NCBI GenBank assembly: GCA_020891255.1
Contig: BQFW01000004.1
Location: 1,674,001-1,738,000, forward strand
From: Entomortierella parvispora E1425
Lineage: Eukaryota; Fungi; Mortierellomycota
Length of the DNA stretch: 64,000 nucleotides
Reading direction: 5' to 3'
In this document: piece after piece, positions 11,875 through 23,625 of the stretch
Numbering within the stretch: the first letter of the stretch is position 1
Layout of the letters: every line of letters starts with the position of its first letter
Position numbers and translations under genes: made by a program
The notes under the pieces: model-generated
Databases searched by the model: none
Seen by the model: only the letters and a program-made list of their open reading frames with translations
Told to the model about the DNA's origin: nothing

Positions 11875-12993
11875 TTACTCATCCTCCTCGTTCTCGGGAT
11901 GTGCGCCTCCGCGCAGAACCTCATCCTTCTTCTTTTCCAATCGCTGGAAGCTCGCCTCTTCCGCACGCGTTGCAGGGTAGCCATTCTCAAGACGGACAAT
12001 CGCTGCAAGGGCAATGGAGGAACATTGGTTAGCTCAAACTCAGTTTAAGGTAGAAAGGTTTGCCTTTAAACATCTCTCGCGCTGTTCAGTTTCCACAATG
12101 TACCTTCCGTCTTGACACTGCCGTTGACAAGCGTGGTCTTGAACTGATCAGTCTCTGGGCGAAGCTCGGGGTTCCGGACCTGCAATTGACTGTAGCTCAT
12201 CTCATGGGTATCATCACCAAGGTGAAGCTTGATGCCCTCGACACCAGCCCAGACCATGGATCCAAAGTACTCGTGATCAGGCATTCTGATCGAGATAGTC
12301 TTGATACTGTCCAGCTGGAACACTGACACGGATCGATCAAACTCTTTAAGAAGGCCAAGAGAAAGTGAGAGTCTTGATTAAGGTGGAATTGACAAGCAGA
12401 GCAGGGGTACGTTGAAAAGAGTTTTGTTCTTACGTCGAGATGGATATCTTCACTCTTCCAGATATCGACCATGCCTGTGAGGACCTTGCCCTCAATCTTG
12501 AGGGTCAGGTTCTTGCATTTCTCTAGGAAAACACGAGAATGATTGGATGGACAAGAAAAGCCGAGATTCGAGTCAGATCAACACCTTAAAAAAACGGGGG
12601 TCCAAGCTCATGATCACCACGAAGAGAAGATCGTACCAATGGACAGCTTGATTGGCTTTCCTTGGATAGTGTAAACACAGTTCTCGCATTGGAGAAAGTA
12701 CAATGCCTTGCGATCCTCGACCTCCAAGACCTCCTCGATCACGTCCTTGGCGTCTTTCTGTGATTTGTACCACCAATAAAGCAGTTGGGATATAAAAAAA
12801 GAAGCAATTGGGGACGTGAAAAAATAGAGAGCGTGTCGCGTTTAGTAACCATCATTACGTTTTGTATCCACCTGGCACCACAAGTGAATAAAAAGAGTTT
12901 CCTTACAATGAGGTGAGTCGCGCTTTCTTTTGCATTCTGCTTGATGGCAAGGTTGCTGTTCAGGGCCTTAATCTGATCTTTGACGGACATCAT
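11875..12993 (-). CDS. Stand-alone CAP C-terminal-like (beta-helix) protein. Exons 12993-12907, 12757-12637, 12522-12434, 12341-12104, 12002-11875
   Basis: Repeating beta-helix turns (YFLQCENCVYTIQGKPIKLSIEKCKNLTLKIEGKVLTGMVDIWKSEDIHLD) and a C-terminal DQFKTTLVNG..KTEAIVRLENGYPATRAE. Fragmented in the ORF track. Intron 3 requires a GAG acceptor. Confidence 0.72.
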
Positions 12994-13561
12994 TTTGAGA
13001 ATGTTGAGTTTGGGTGAGACAATGTTCTTGATGAGGCGGGTATGAGGAGAAGGATGATTGAATGAGCGGATGACTGAAGGTGAAAGCGGATGAATGTTGA
13101 CAGCAAAAAGAAAGAGATGGACGGATGGACAGCGCGAAAGGGCTCCTTTTACACTTGCTCAGCGGTCACAAGCCCACGGTGCATCCAGCTTCTGTAGCCA
13201 CGAAAACGACACTGTTTGGCCCATGGTTCTGTCAGACGCACAGCCCAAAATTATGCCCCCAAGGGGGTCAATTGGGGTGAGTGGAGGCACAGTTCCTGCG
13301 AGCAGAGGTCATTCCTTCGAGGCTGTCGTTGTCGGCTGAAGCCGTCAGGCTCCCGCAAGGTTAATTGCATTTGTGCACGTCAATGACGAGGTAAGACGGT
13401 ATGAGGCGATCCACGAAAGACAGGGAAAGCACCAAAGCTGCCCTCTAGATGCTGCTTCGCCACCAAGGCTCGAGTGTTGAGCAAATTGGAGGAACTGTGA
13501 ATAACTTTTCAGGTCCATTTTTATTCGACTTGAATGACAGTGAAGAAAAAAAAAAGGGTAA

Positions 13562-15249
13562 TCATGCAGGATCAGCCGTGTGGATGGCCTTCTGAATCAA
13601 CTGTGCCTCCTCATGGGCATGCTGTTCACCCACCGCGCCAGTGGCGAGCCGATCCTTCCGTTCCTCATCTTCCATCCTCCAAATATCCTGCAATGGTATC
13701 TCGTCGCGGGCTTCAATCGACGGCATCTCGACCTCAATCTCGTTTGGTTCAAACGTCGGCTGCCAAGCCTGGTTTTTGCCACTAACATTCTGAACATTCA
13801 TGATGATGCCATTATGGCTGTGGTGACGAGAGTGATGAGGGCGAAGACTGGGTGACTGACCACGGGAACGGGCTGCACCTAATACTGGTGAGGCAAGCGC
13901 AGAGAGCGTCGGAGACTTCCATCGATCTTGCTCGTCACTTGGTAAAATGTCTAGCACCCTCGGAGAAGAAAGTTCAACCCTGTCTACCATCGATGACTGG
14001 ATTCGAAGGCCAGACGACTGGATGCCATTGCCTCTGCTGCTGTTGCTGTTGTCGTTGATGGTATTCAAAGATAGCTCCCCTAATGGGGAGCGACTCCTCT
14101 TTGGGGCTGGAGAGCGAGAAGGGGCAAGTCCGAGAGGTGAGACCGACTGGGAAGAGGCAGCCGAAAGTGGGTTCTTTGGTTTCTTCATCGCAGACGCTAC
14201 CAGTGGATCAGAGATGATTCGACCTGTGTTTCCACTGCCTCCACCGAAGGTATAGTCGGCAGGGAAGAGTCCATTCTCATGATACTCTGGCCGCCGATGA
14301 TGTAAGGTAGGTGCGTCTGTGATAGGAGATTCGACCACAACACCGGTCGAGAGGATGGTGGAGTCAACCCAATCCGTGATATAGGGACTGTCAATGCTAA
14401 TGGTGCTGCTTGATCCCAAGTCCATGGTATGTTGCTTTCCAAAGAGGTCATCGCCAAACTCGTTCGTATTCAAAATCATTGGACTCTCTGTATAAACAAC
14501 AGAGCAGCTCCGGAGCCTGCGCGCAGAACCCGGCGACACAACATCAGCCGAATCCGGTGCCGAGTTCTTCATGGAGGCATTGCTGTCCCACGAGCTGCTC
14601 TTTGAGCTTTTGCTGTTTGAGCCATTCAGATCAATGCTGTCGACTGATCGACCCTTGTTGTGATGGCCGGGGAAACTAAAGTAATCCTCCTGTCCTTGCT
14701 TTGAAGGTGATTTCTGCTGCTTGTTGTATCGAATGTCGATATGAGGATTATGTTGAATCCCCAGATGTGAAGAAGGGGACAAAGGCCCCATGATGGATCC
14801 TCTCCGTTTGTTCTTTGCTTCTAATACTGATCCCGATCCAGACTCTTTGGCAACCACACCTTCTTTGAAATGAAATGCTGCCGCCACGGCTCTGTTGCCA
14901 CTGAGAGGAGCTTTTTCAGTAGTTGGCTCCGATCCATCATCCGTCTCGACATCGTCTGGAGCCTCCTGGTGGGTTGGGAGACCAGGGGGGACGGGAATAA
15001 TGGAAGCACGGCGGGAGGAGCCTTCATCTATGGAGAGTCGAGCGATGCGAACCTCAAGAGCTGGGGGCCAGACTCTGTCTACAGACCGTCTGTGGTGCCT
15101 CACAAACAGCGAAGGGTTACTATCGTTCTATTTCCCAGAGAAAGGACCATTTAGCATGCGCAGGTTTCTTTTCTTGCAAAGGTCGATGCAAACAAAAGGT
15201 GTACCATGCTTGAATCGGAGGGAGGTCTCTTCTTCATTTGAGCAGCCAT
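13562..15249 (-). CDS. Hypothetical Ser/Pro-rich, largely disordered protein. Exons about 15249-15205 and 15127-13562; start uncertain (alternative ATG at 15378)
   Basis: 513-codon open frame preceded by a phase-0 GT-AG intron (15204-15128). No recognisable domain. Confidence 0.7.
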
Positions 15250-15811
15250 CGTGCTGTTGTTGCAGGGTATGCGAGTGGGCGGGCGGGAGGAGGCGGCTTC
15301 TTCGTATCTTTTCTGACAGAGGATGGGAGGAAAGGAGAGTAACAGGCTCAAGAAGCAAGACGAGCAAAGACAACTCATGCCCACCAGACGATTGCGTTAC
15401 GGACACGAGAGGACAGAGGACGGACCCCACCAGCGAATAACAAACGACAGACCGGCCGAGACCCAAGGCTTGCTAATGCAGCTGACTGATCCGTCCACTG
15501 AGGTAATTTTGCGGTTTCACGCGCGCCACACGCGATTTTCTTTTTTTTTTCTCTGCGATTTTCTTTTTTCTCTCTCTCTCCGTTTCGGACGCCACCCTAG
15601 GAAGCTACGTGGTTCTTCTAGGCTAGCTACTAGTATTGTTATCACGTCTGTTGCGGGATGGATTATATTTTAATGATAAAATACATAGAATATTTTTGTA
15701 CATGAAGTGGGAGATGTGAGTGTTATGACAGCGTGTGTTGTGTGTTGTGTGTTGTGTGTGAGGCAAAGTAATGGAGATGGCGAGTCTTATTGTGAAGAAT
15801 CAATGGTCGCT

Positions 15812-16693
15812 TTAGTAGCGACCACGACTGAACCAGCCACCAAAGCGGCTAGGCTTCTCAGTGTAAACAACATTGCCACCGCGACGGGCATTGGCGGGGT
15901 AGAACGTGCGACGGCCCCAAGCGTAGAACTGAACCGCGATACCCAAGATGGCCATCACGACAAACGTAGCGACCAAAGCCCATTCCTTGCCGGAAATGCC
16001 ATCGACTCTGTCGTCAAGGGGGGCCTTGGAGTTGATGAACGAGTTGGCAGAGTTGGCGAATCCAGTGTGGGCAAAAAAGTCGATCCCGACGACGAACGAG
16101 TAGGCACCGACCAAAGCAGAGCCAATGATCACCACCTCGCGTTCACGGAAGCAACCGAGCAAGAAACCCACTATCACCAAGACGCCAAGGAAGATGCCAC
16201 GACCGGCATTGGAAGTGATCAATCCACCAGACTTCAAGCCCAAGATCCAGAGACCGAGCGAATACAGGGCCAAGGCTCCAAGGATCGCGACACCAAGTCG
16301 AGAACAGCAAATCAAGAGAAGACCACCAATGATGCCGACCACGATCGAGATGACGAGCAAGAGCGTTTCAGAAGTAACACCACCATTGGCCATGCCAATG
16401 TACGTGATGTTGCCAAAGAAGTAAAAGCCGATCAGGAACATGGTGACATGGAAGAGACGGTAGCCAAAGAAGCAAAGGAGGAGACCACAGATAATCAAGA
16501 TCGCACCGGCAATGCCGGATTGCACTGTCAGGTTGTAGGGTCCTTCTTCGACAGTGTCAGAGATCTTTTTATCTACTGGCGCGGCCGCCGTTGTTATGAG
16601 GTTCATGAGGGTGGAGATGAGCATGAGCAAGTAGATAGGAGCACATTGCATCATGTTCCTTGTGCGCGGCGAGACAGTTGTTGTGGACACCAT
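15812..16693 (-). CDS. DUF4203 (TM7S3/TMEM198-like) multi-pass membrane protein with an N-terminal signal-like segment; intronless
   Basis: GLLLCFFGYRLFHVTMFLIGF and SALVGAYSFVVGIDFFAHTGF motifs, with about 7 hydrophobic helices. The start could be 16693 or 16654. Confidence 0.85.
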   Translation of the reverse strand: MVSTTTVSPRTRNMMQCAPIYLLMLISTLMNLITTAAAPVDKKISDTVEEGPYNLTVQSGIAGAILIICGLLLCFFGYRLFHVTMFLIGFYFFGNITYIGMANGGVTSETLLLVISIVVGIIGGLLLICCSRLGVAILGALALYSLGLWILGLKSGGLITSNAGRGIFLGVLVIVGFLLGCFREREVVIIGSALVGAYSFVVGIDFFAHTGFANSANSFINSKAPLDDRVDGISGKEWALVATFVVMAILGIAVQFYAWGRRTFYPANARRGGNVVYTEKPSRFGGWFSRGRY

Positions 16694-17906
16694 TCTGCGG
16701 ATTATAGGCTGTTCTTGGATGAAGGGTTGATTCGAGGGAGAAGAAAGAAGTTGGGGCCTGAGAGAAAGGATTGAGAAGAGAATGAAGAACATAGAGAGGG
16801 GGGCATGGCAGGTTCTTATATAACCAAAGGCACCAAAGGCAAACACTGACATCATGCTCACATCGACATCGGCGAAGCTCCATTCAGTTCCCCCACACAC
16901 ACTGAAAATGAGACTAGCAAGCAAATAGACTCAGTGATCGGGCCAACAAGACTCTTGGTGATGACATGATGCAACTTGGAAAACTGTCTTGTTTTGGGAT
17001 GCAGTTTTAGTGGATGCCAAAAAGAGGGCCGTCCGTTGGGGTGCTTTGGTGTGTTGACCCTGACACAGCTCCCCTGGGTCGCTGACTGGTCGGTTGTGGC
17101 ACAAAACCCTGATGTCATGGTTTTTTTGGACTTCGTAGCTTTATTTTTGTTGTCTCTGAAAGCACGGTGGCATGACAGCGTCATCGCCACTGGGTCCGTG
17201 AATCAAGCTTCTCCTCTCTTTCTTTCAGGAACAAACAATGGGCGGTTGCAGAAGGGGGCAGAAGGGGAGGGAGAGAAAAAGACGGCAGGGGACTGTAGAA
17301 AATGCCACAGAGTTCGCAGGAAAAAGTTGCAGCCGTCGTCATGATTGGGTTGCACCAAACATGGTCGACCCAAGAGAGCTTTTTGTGCAACGCGGGTCCG
17401 CCCAGTGTTGAGAGCTGTGGAAGAATGGAGTGAGCACCTTATGTCATGATGCAATGTTTATAAGCCCGTTTTCCCCCTTCCTATGACTCAAGCAACGCGT
17501 TGTCCCTTTTTTCTTGGATGGCAAGTTTAATTGAAGAAAAAAACGAGACTCTATGCTGAGAAAGGATATGGTATACGATCGTCGTTCAAACGAAAAAGAA
17601 GGGGGAAGGGCGGGTATGATGAATGAGAATGGGATGGAGACAGGAAAAAAAATGAACGCTGCTATGTGGAATAATTGAGGGGAAGAAGAGCCAGAAGCTC
17701 TTTCTAGTTGTCTTTTTATGTTCCCTCCTGGGTCTTGGGGTTGAGTTGCCTGAGTGTCGTCTATCTCCCTGAATCGCCACCCTCCTCCCCCTCGTTCTTT
17801 GTCAAACTTCTTTCTCCTCTCAGAGGAGAATAAAAGAGGCTGATAGAACAAGGAGGAGGAGGAGGAGGAGGACTTTATATCCAAAGAGAGGGAAAAGAAA
17901 CAAACA

Positions 17907-19053
17907 CTAACGACCGACCGGCTCTACAGTAGAAAAGTACGTGAACTCGATGGTACGGTAGTACTCCATCAAGGGAACGCTTCCCCCTGTGCCCAGACGC
18001 ATCTCCACGTCCAACTGGTCCCTGCTAGATGATGGTGATGACGATGTAGAGGAAGACAATGATTGTGATGACAAGGAGGTCGAAGAAGATCCAGACGAGA
18101 TGGACGCAGATGACATGTGGGGGGAGGTGGTTGATGAGAACGCGGACCTTGCCTCCCCGCTCGTGACAGCCGAATCAAAGACAGATTGCCCCAGGACAAA
18201 CTCCCCTCTTCTTGGGTAGTTTGGACCATCAGGAGCCATGCCGGACTGGTCACCATCTTGATCGAGTGAACTGCTCATACCATCCTCGTCACCATCTTGA
18301 ATAGCCGTAATCGAAGGTTTCTCGCTTGGGTTGATCGATTCATCTTCCTCGTCCACTTGGAGTCGCATGAATCCACAATACATGTTGACTTTGGCATTCA
18401 AGAGCTGCAGTCTTGCATTGCGAGCGAGCAAGTTGACTTGATCTGTCGTAGGGAGAAAAAAAAACGAGGGTGGGCAAAAGGGTCAGGGTTGTGTTGTTGC
18501 GGTGTATCGTTGTTTTGGAACAGATTGGAATCTTTTTTGACCAGAAGGATTTTTTTAACGGACGGGGAGGGAAGAAAAGAGAAGCGAGATCAAAGGGAAA
18601 CGTACCGTTCTTGAGGTTGAGAAGAATGCAGGCGGTATCATCTCCCACAATAGCCTCGGCAGACTGGATCATCTTGCCAGCTAGGGGTGCAGAAATTGAA
18701 AAGCGCGTCAAGAGAATAAGGAACAAAGGAGCAGAAAGAAAATGTGTCAGTGAAAAGCGAGTTTCCCAGCAGTCAATTGAAGTTCGTCGTTTTCCATCTC
18801 TGTTACACTTACTCTCGGGATGGATAGTTTCAGCAATAGCCTCGACCGACAAGACTCGAAGCTTGAGATTGCAGTTGCGCTGATCAGGGACCAAAGAGGC
18901 GACATTAACAACTATCAGTGAAATAGCGAGAGGTAGGGGGAAGAGTGACGATAATGTAAGCAATCATAAAGAGCACAGATGTTTTTTGTGGATCACTGCG
19001 GACGTGCAAACGCGCAAAAAAAAAAAAAGTGAAACCGTACAGGTGGTAGCCAT
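17907..19053 (-). CDS. OB-fold single-stranded nucleic-acid-binding protein (SOSS-B/plant At4g28440-like); 4 exons
   Basis: Spliced: MATTFVNVASLVPDQRNCNLKLRVLSV...AIVGDDTACILLNLKNDQVNLL...LLNAKVNMYCGFMRLQVD, matching the VGD.T..I / NAK..M..G.MRL.VD pattern. All three GT-AG introns match in phase. Confidence 0.75.
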
Positions 19054-20323
19054 GGCTTTGGAGGAGAATGGCGGGAGGAGTGAGAGAGGAGAAAAGTAGA
19101 TGGAGAAGGGGTTGTTGGGAGTCAAAAATAAGAGTGCGGGGAGGGGGGCTGCGTGTCCTTTTATTGTTTTCAAAGTTGAAAGGGGTCGAGCATCCGCAGG
19201 TCGTTGTGGGTTCGTTCGTAATCAGGAGACAGGGAAGGGGTGAGGGAGAGGGAGGGGCGGAGGGAGTGGATAAAAAGGTTCAAAGTAGAGACTTGGGGTA
19301 GAGTCTATGCCGCTGTTTCGTCTGTCTTTTGGGTTGCGTCAGAGAAAGGGTTGCCTGTGGGAAAGGAAGGTCAATGAAAACTGATGAAGATCGTGATGAT
19401 GATGGGACGCAGAAAGAGGACAGAAGAGAGCTGTTTGAATTTAACCTCACTTGGGAAGAGGAAGGAGGGGGGAAATGGGTTACGTGAAGGAAGTAGAAGT
19501 CAACATAGTGGAACCCCATCATCGCGACTTTTTATACTGCGAAAAAGTTTCCGCAAATGCAAGGGAAAAACTTGCCTCTGGAGTTGTCATGCGCGCTCTC
19601 AAACAGCCAGTCAGTGATCGGTTATACGTTTTTCTCTCTTTATGAAATTGGTGTTGGATAAAATGGGCTGCTCTAGTAGGGCGCGGTCAAGACAAGGAGA
19701 GGTAGCAGAAACACGATGAAAAAAGGAGACGCGATGAAAGAGCACCAAACGAACAAACCAGATGATCGGTAAATCAGGATGAGGGACTGAGCCCAACTCG
19801 ATGTGCTGTGGACCAAGTTTCTGGGAAAGAAAAAAAAAAGGTCGCAGACTCAGGAGGCGGCACTTGCCTGACAGTCAGGCAACACAGGTCAACAGTTGAT
19901 CCGTTTCGCCATCGTTCAAGGAACAAGATGACCCTCAAGGCACCGTCTGTCTGCAACTGACGGTCGGGAGCTGACAGAGAGAAAAAAAAAGGCACAAGAT
20001 TGTGCCTTTGCTCCTGTAAATCGACAAGGAGTCATGACACCAGTTTCTGTCGACGCGTCTGCTCAGGGACTAGTTTGGCACCTTTTTCTCTTTTGTTCGG
20101 CGTGTATCGACATCCACAAACAAAACTGGGTCTCAGGATGCAGTGAGGAGTCTATGCGCGTTGGCCAGATTTCCCAAGGAGTCAAAGGGGCTACCCTCAA
20201 CCCCCGAATGACATCTCATTGCACAGCAATATCGATTTCAGAAAGCAAAACGAAGTTGATGGGCGTTCTCCCAGGTACTGCTTTGTGCCCAAACACGTCC
20301 CCGCCCAACAAAAGGTATGGTGA

Positions 20324-21819
20324 TCATAATGTCCAATTGCTATGTTTATTCAAAGGCGTCGCGCGCCACCGTTCCATATTCCTAGGCTCCTTAGATTGCC
20401 GTAGCCATCTCCTTGTTTTTCTTTGCGCGTGGCGAGCGCTGTGAGTCTTGGCCGTGGGCAGACTTTTGCTTCTTGTCTGCTGGTTTCAAGATCTATCCAG
20501 TATGAAATCAGACCAGGGGCAACGGTCAGCGGATGGACAGTTCCAACTGAAAATAGGTCCCTACAGTAGTTGAGGAGTAGTAGTTTACTTACCTGAAAGG
20601 AACAAACGAGTGCTTGATCAACAGTCATCAAAGCACCTGCGTTATCAAACTCACCACAATAATTCGGAGCCGAGAACAAAGTCACCATCCTCTGATTGGC
20701 AAAAAACTCGTAGCCATCCTCCACGACTTGATGGGCACGACAGACTAGATCCATGTCATGTTTTCGCAGGAATTGTTCAACAACATCAGCTCCAAACTGG
20801 AAGGATATGCCGCGCCCACTCTCACTCCATCCAGGAGTGTCGTAACACGGATCAGACCAAAGCAGGTCGCACAAGAGTCCTGCAAAGGACCAAATAGATT
20901 TAGTGTCGCATACCGACAGTACCGCCTTGTCAGAGGAACTCGTTTGTGGCCAAGGTCCTGTGCTACTTTTTCCACCACACTCCTTACCTTTCTCTGGTAC
21001 CTCCGCGGGACGTTCAAGTCGCCGGATCTGGTCCATCGCCAGCAGATCCGGTGAAAGTCCGCCATGCATACAAAATATCTTTTCGTCCACAATCGCGGCG
21101 ACAGGCAGACAGTTGAAGCAGTCGGTAAAAGTCTTCCAAAGCTTAATGCTGTATCTGCGCTTGCACTCGTCGTAGAATCCGTATATCCTATTAATATTTG
21201 CACATTCGTGGTTTCCGCGTAGCATAAAAAAGTTTTCAGGGTACTTGATCTTGTATGCGAACAACAAGCAGATCGTCTCCAGGGACTGTTTGCCCCGGTC
21301 CACGTAGTCTCCCAGGAAAAGATAGTTGGACACTGGTGGGAAAGCACCGTATTCAAAGAGTCTCAGCAGGTCAGAATATTGGCCATGGATGTCACCTATA
21401 CGAGGAACTAGGATCAGCGTAATGATATTGAGCGTCTTCACTGTTAAAATGCTTGGTTGCTGGACTTTTTGTCCCTTGGCCTACCGCAAATCTTTAGAGG
21501 GGCTTCCAGTTCTAGGAGCATGGGCTGAGCCAGCAGAATCTCTCTTGTTTGCGAGCACAAGTAGCTGATTTCGAACTCTGCCAGTTGAACTTGCTTGGCA
21601 GGGCGTTTGCCGCGCGCTATAGAATACAAGATAGGAAAGAGAGTGTGGGACCATCCAGAAATCCTGTTGTTAGTCAAATGGTTTGAGAAAACCTAATAGA
21701 AGCCAAAGCGATGTAACCAAAAGCCCCATGTCGAGAAAGTTTGTCAGGGTAGTGGGGCACACTCTACCTCCCAGCAGCCTGTGGATAACAGAGTCGAGGT
21801 TGACTTTTGGGTCTGTCAT
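20324..21819 (-). CDS. GLC7: Protein phosphatase 1 catalytic subunit, divergent paralog; 5 exons
   Basis: [58 protein letters not shown] and SFQ|ILKP. Short N-terminus ([16 protein letters not shown]), so it is not PPZ type. Confidence 0.93.
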
Positions 21820-22702
21820 GACGCGGTGCAAGGGAATTGTCCGGGATGACAGCAAAGGAGATGCAGTGTTCCTTGACGCGTTGATGCGACGATGCAATCA
21901 ATGCGGTGTTGGCAGGAGAATGAAATGACAATGAGCGGAGCAGTGAGATGAATGGAGGAATGAGCCACGAACTGACATACAAAGGTGACCGTGCACCGTG
22001 CACGCGGTGTTGGCCCTGCCTGCCTGACTTGACTGGGCGTGGCGCTGTGGACGCCACCTCTTGGATCCACAGTGTGAGCAAATGCTGTCGGTGGGATGGC
22101 GCGTGTTTTCCATCGACTGAACAAGAAGAGGGGTACTTTCATTGAGAACAACGCGTACATATCCACTGGCCTGGGTGCCTCTGCAGTCGACTACGGACGC
22201 CGTGTTTGTTTGTTGTCCCACCCTCCTGTGCACCAACAGCAGAAGCAACAACGGCAATCTGACAGGCAAAAGGGGGTGGGCGCTGAGGAGAGCAAGAAAA
22301 CGCTCACCCTTCTCACCCTTCCCCTGCTCTTTAGCTTAGTCAGTTTCCACAGTGGGGTCCATCGACTCCAAAGAAAGCCCTGATCGTGCAGGCCCCCACA
22401 CCAACCATTGGGAAATGACTTTTTATTCCCGTCGCTCCTTCGCAGCTCTCGAACTGCCACGTAGATCAGACTGACTGAGCAACCAGCAAACCAGAACTGT
22501 ATTCACGGCAGGGAACTCTGATCGGGCAGACAGGGGGGGGGGATCTGCGCCCCGGGGAATTCTTGTCCTATCCTTTTAAACCTTGTGGTTCCTGTCGCCA
22601 TCTTTCTTTTCTCCCTTTTTGCATCACTCATCAACCCCTGCCCTCATTCGCAAAGTCGCCATTTCTCATTTCTTCTCTTCTTCCTTTCATCTCTTCTGAA
22701 TA

Positions 22703-23518
22703 ATGCTCGCCTCCACAGTCAACACCGACTTGGCCTCTACTCCCAACACCACCGCAAACAGCTCTGATAAAGCCACCATGACCATTCTTGAACTTGCAGC
22801 CAAGCTCGAGAAGGAACATGGATTTGTCCAAATCGACCCCGAGCTTGACACCTATCAGAAGGAGCGTATGATTGCTGCCAAGACCTACGATGCCATGGAT
22901 ACCCGCCTGGTGGCCGAGCGTCAGCGAGTCCGAGAGATTATGACCGTGTACAACGCCAGCCAAAGTTCACCCGAGGAATTGTTGAAGCGTCAGGCTTTGC
23001 TTCACTTGATCACAGGAGGAAAGTTTGGTAAGAGCTGCTGGATCGAGCCTCCTTTCAACTGCGATTACGGTACCAACATTACGATGGGCGATCGAGTTTA
23101 CATGAACTTCAACTGTGTGGTTCTTGATGTCGCTCCTGTGTCGATCGGAGATGGTACTCTTCTCGCATCGCACGTTCAGGTCCTGACTGCTGCCCACCCC
23201 CTCAATCCCTTCATTCGGGCCCAGGGTATTGAGTATGCTCAGCCCATTACGATTGGAAAGAACGTCTGGGTGGGAGGAGGAGCGATTATTTGCCCAGGAG
23301 TGACCATTGGCGACGGTGTTACCATTGGCGCAGGAAGCGTTGTAACCAAGAATGTCCCACCCTTCACCATTGTTGCCGGAAACCCAGCAAAGATCATCCG
23401 TGTCCTGAGCAAGGAAGAGTGCGAACGGGAGAATCGCGAGTTTGAGATCAGGAAGGCCGAGGGCAAGATGTTTGATGACTGGACCCCAGCGCCCAAGCAG
23501 ACCCTTACCATGCCTTAG
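22703..23518 (+). CDS. Maltose/galactoside O-acetyltransferase (Mac domain plus hexapeptide repeats); intronless, 271 aa
   Basis: ERMIAAKTYD..D..LVAERQR, WIEPPFNCDYGTNI and IGKNVWVGGGAIICPGVTIGDGVTIGAGSVVTKNVPP...AGNPAKIIR. Confidence 0.93.
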   Translation: MLASTVNTDLASTPNTTANSSDKATMTILELAAKLEKEHGFVQIDPELDTYQKERMIAAKTYDAMDTRLVAERQRVREIMTVYNASQSSPEELLKRQALLHLITGGKFGKSCWIEPPFNCDYGTNITMGDRVYMNFNCVVLDVAPVSIGDGTLLASHVQVLTAAHPLNPFIRAQGIEYAQPITIGKNVWVGGGAIICPGVTIGDGVTIGAGSVVTKNVPPFTIVAGNPAKIIRVLSKEECERENREFEIRKAEGKMFDDWTPAPKQTLTMP

Positions 23519-23625
23519 AGAGTTTCATTTGAAAATATAATGGAGATGTGTTTTATTCGTTATTTGAGAAAGAAACCCCCTTCGCGAAGACTGGCGTGGG
23601 AAGAAAACTTGAAAGATCACCTCTG

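Noticed and set aside
15707-16774. 355-aa plus-strand ORF
   Set aside because: Antisense to the DUF4203 gene; its composition mirrors the hydrophobic codons of the real gene.
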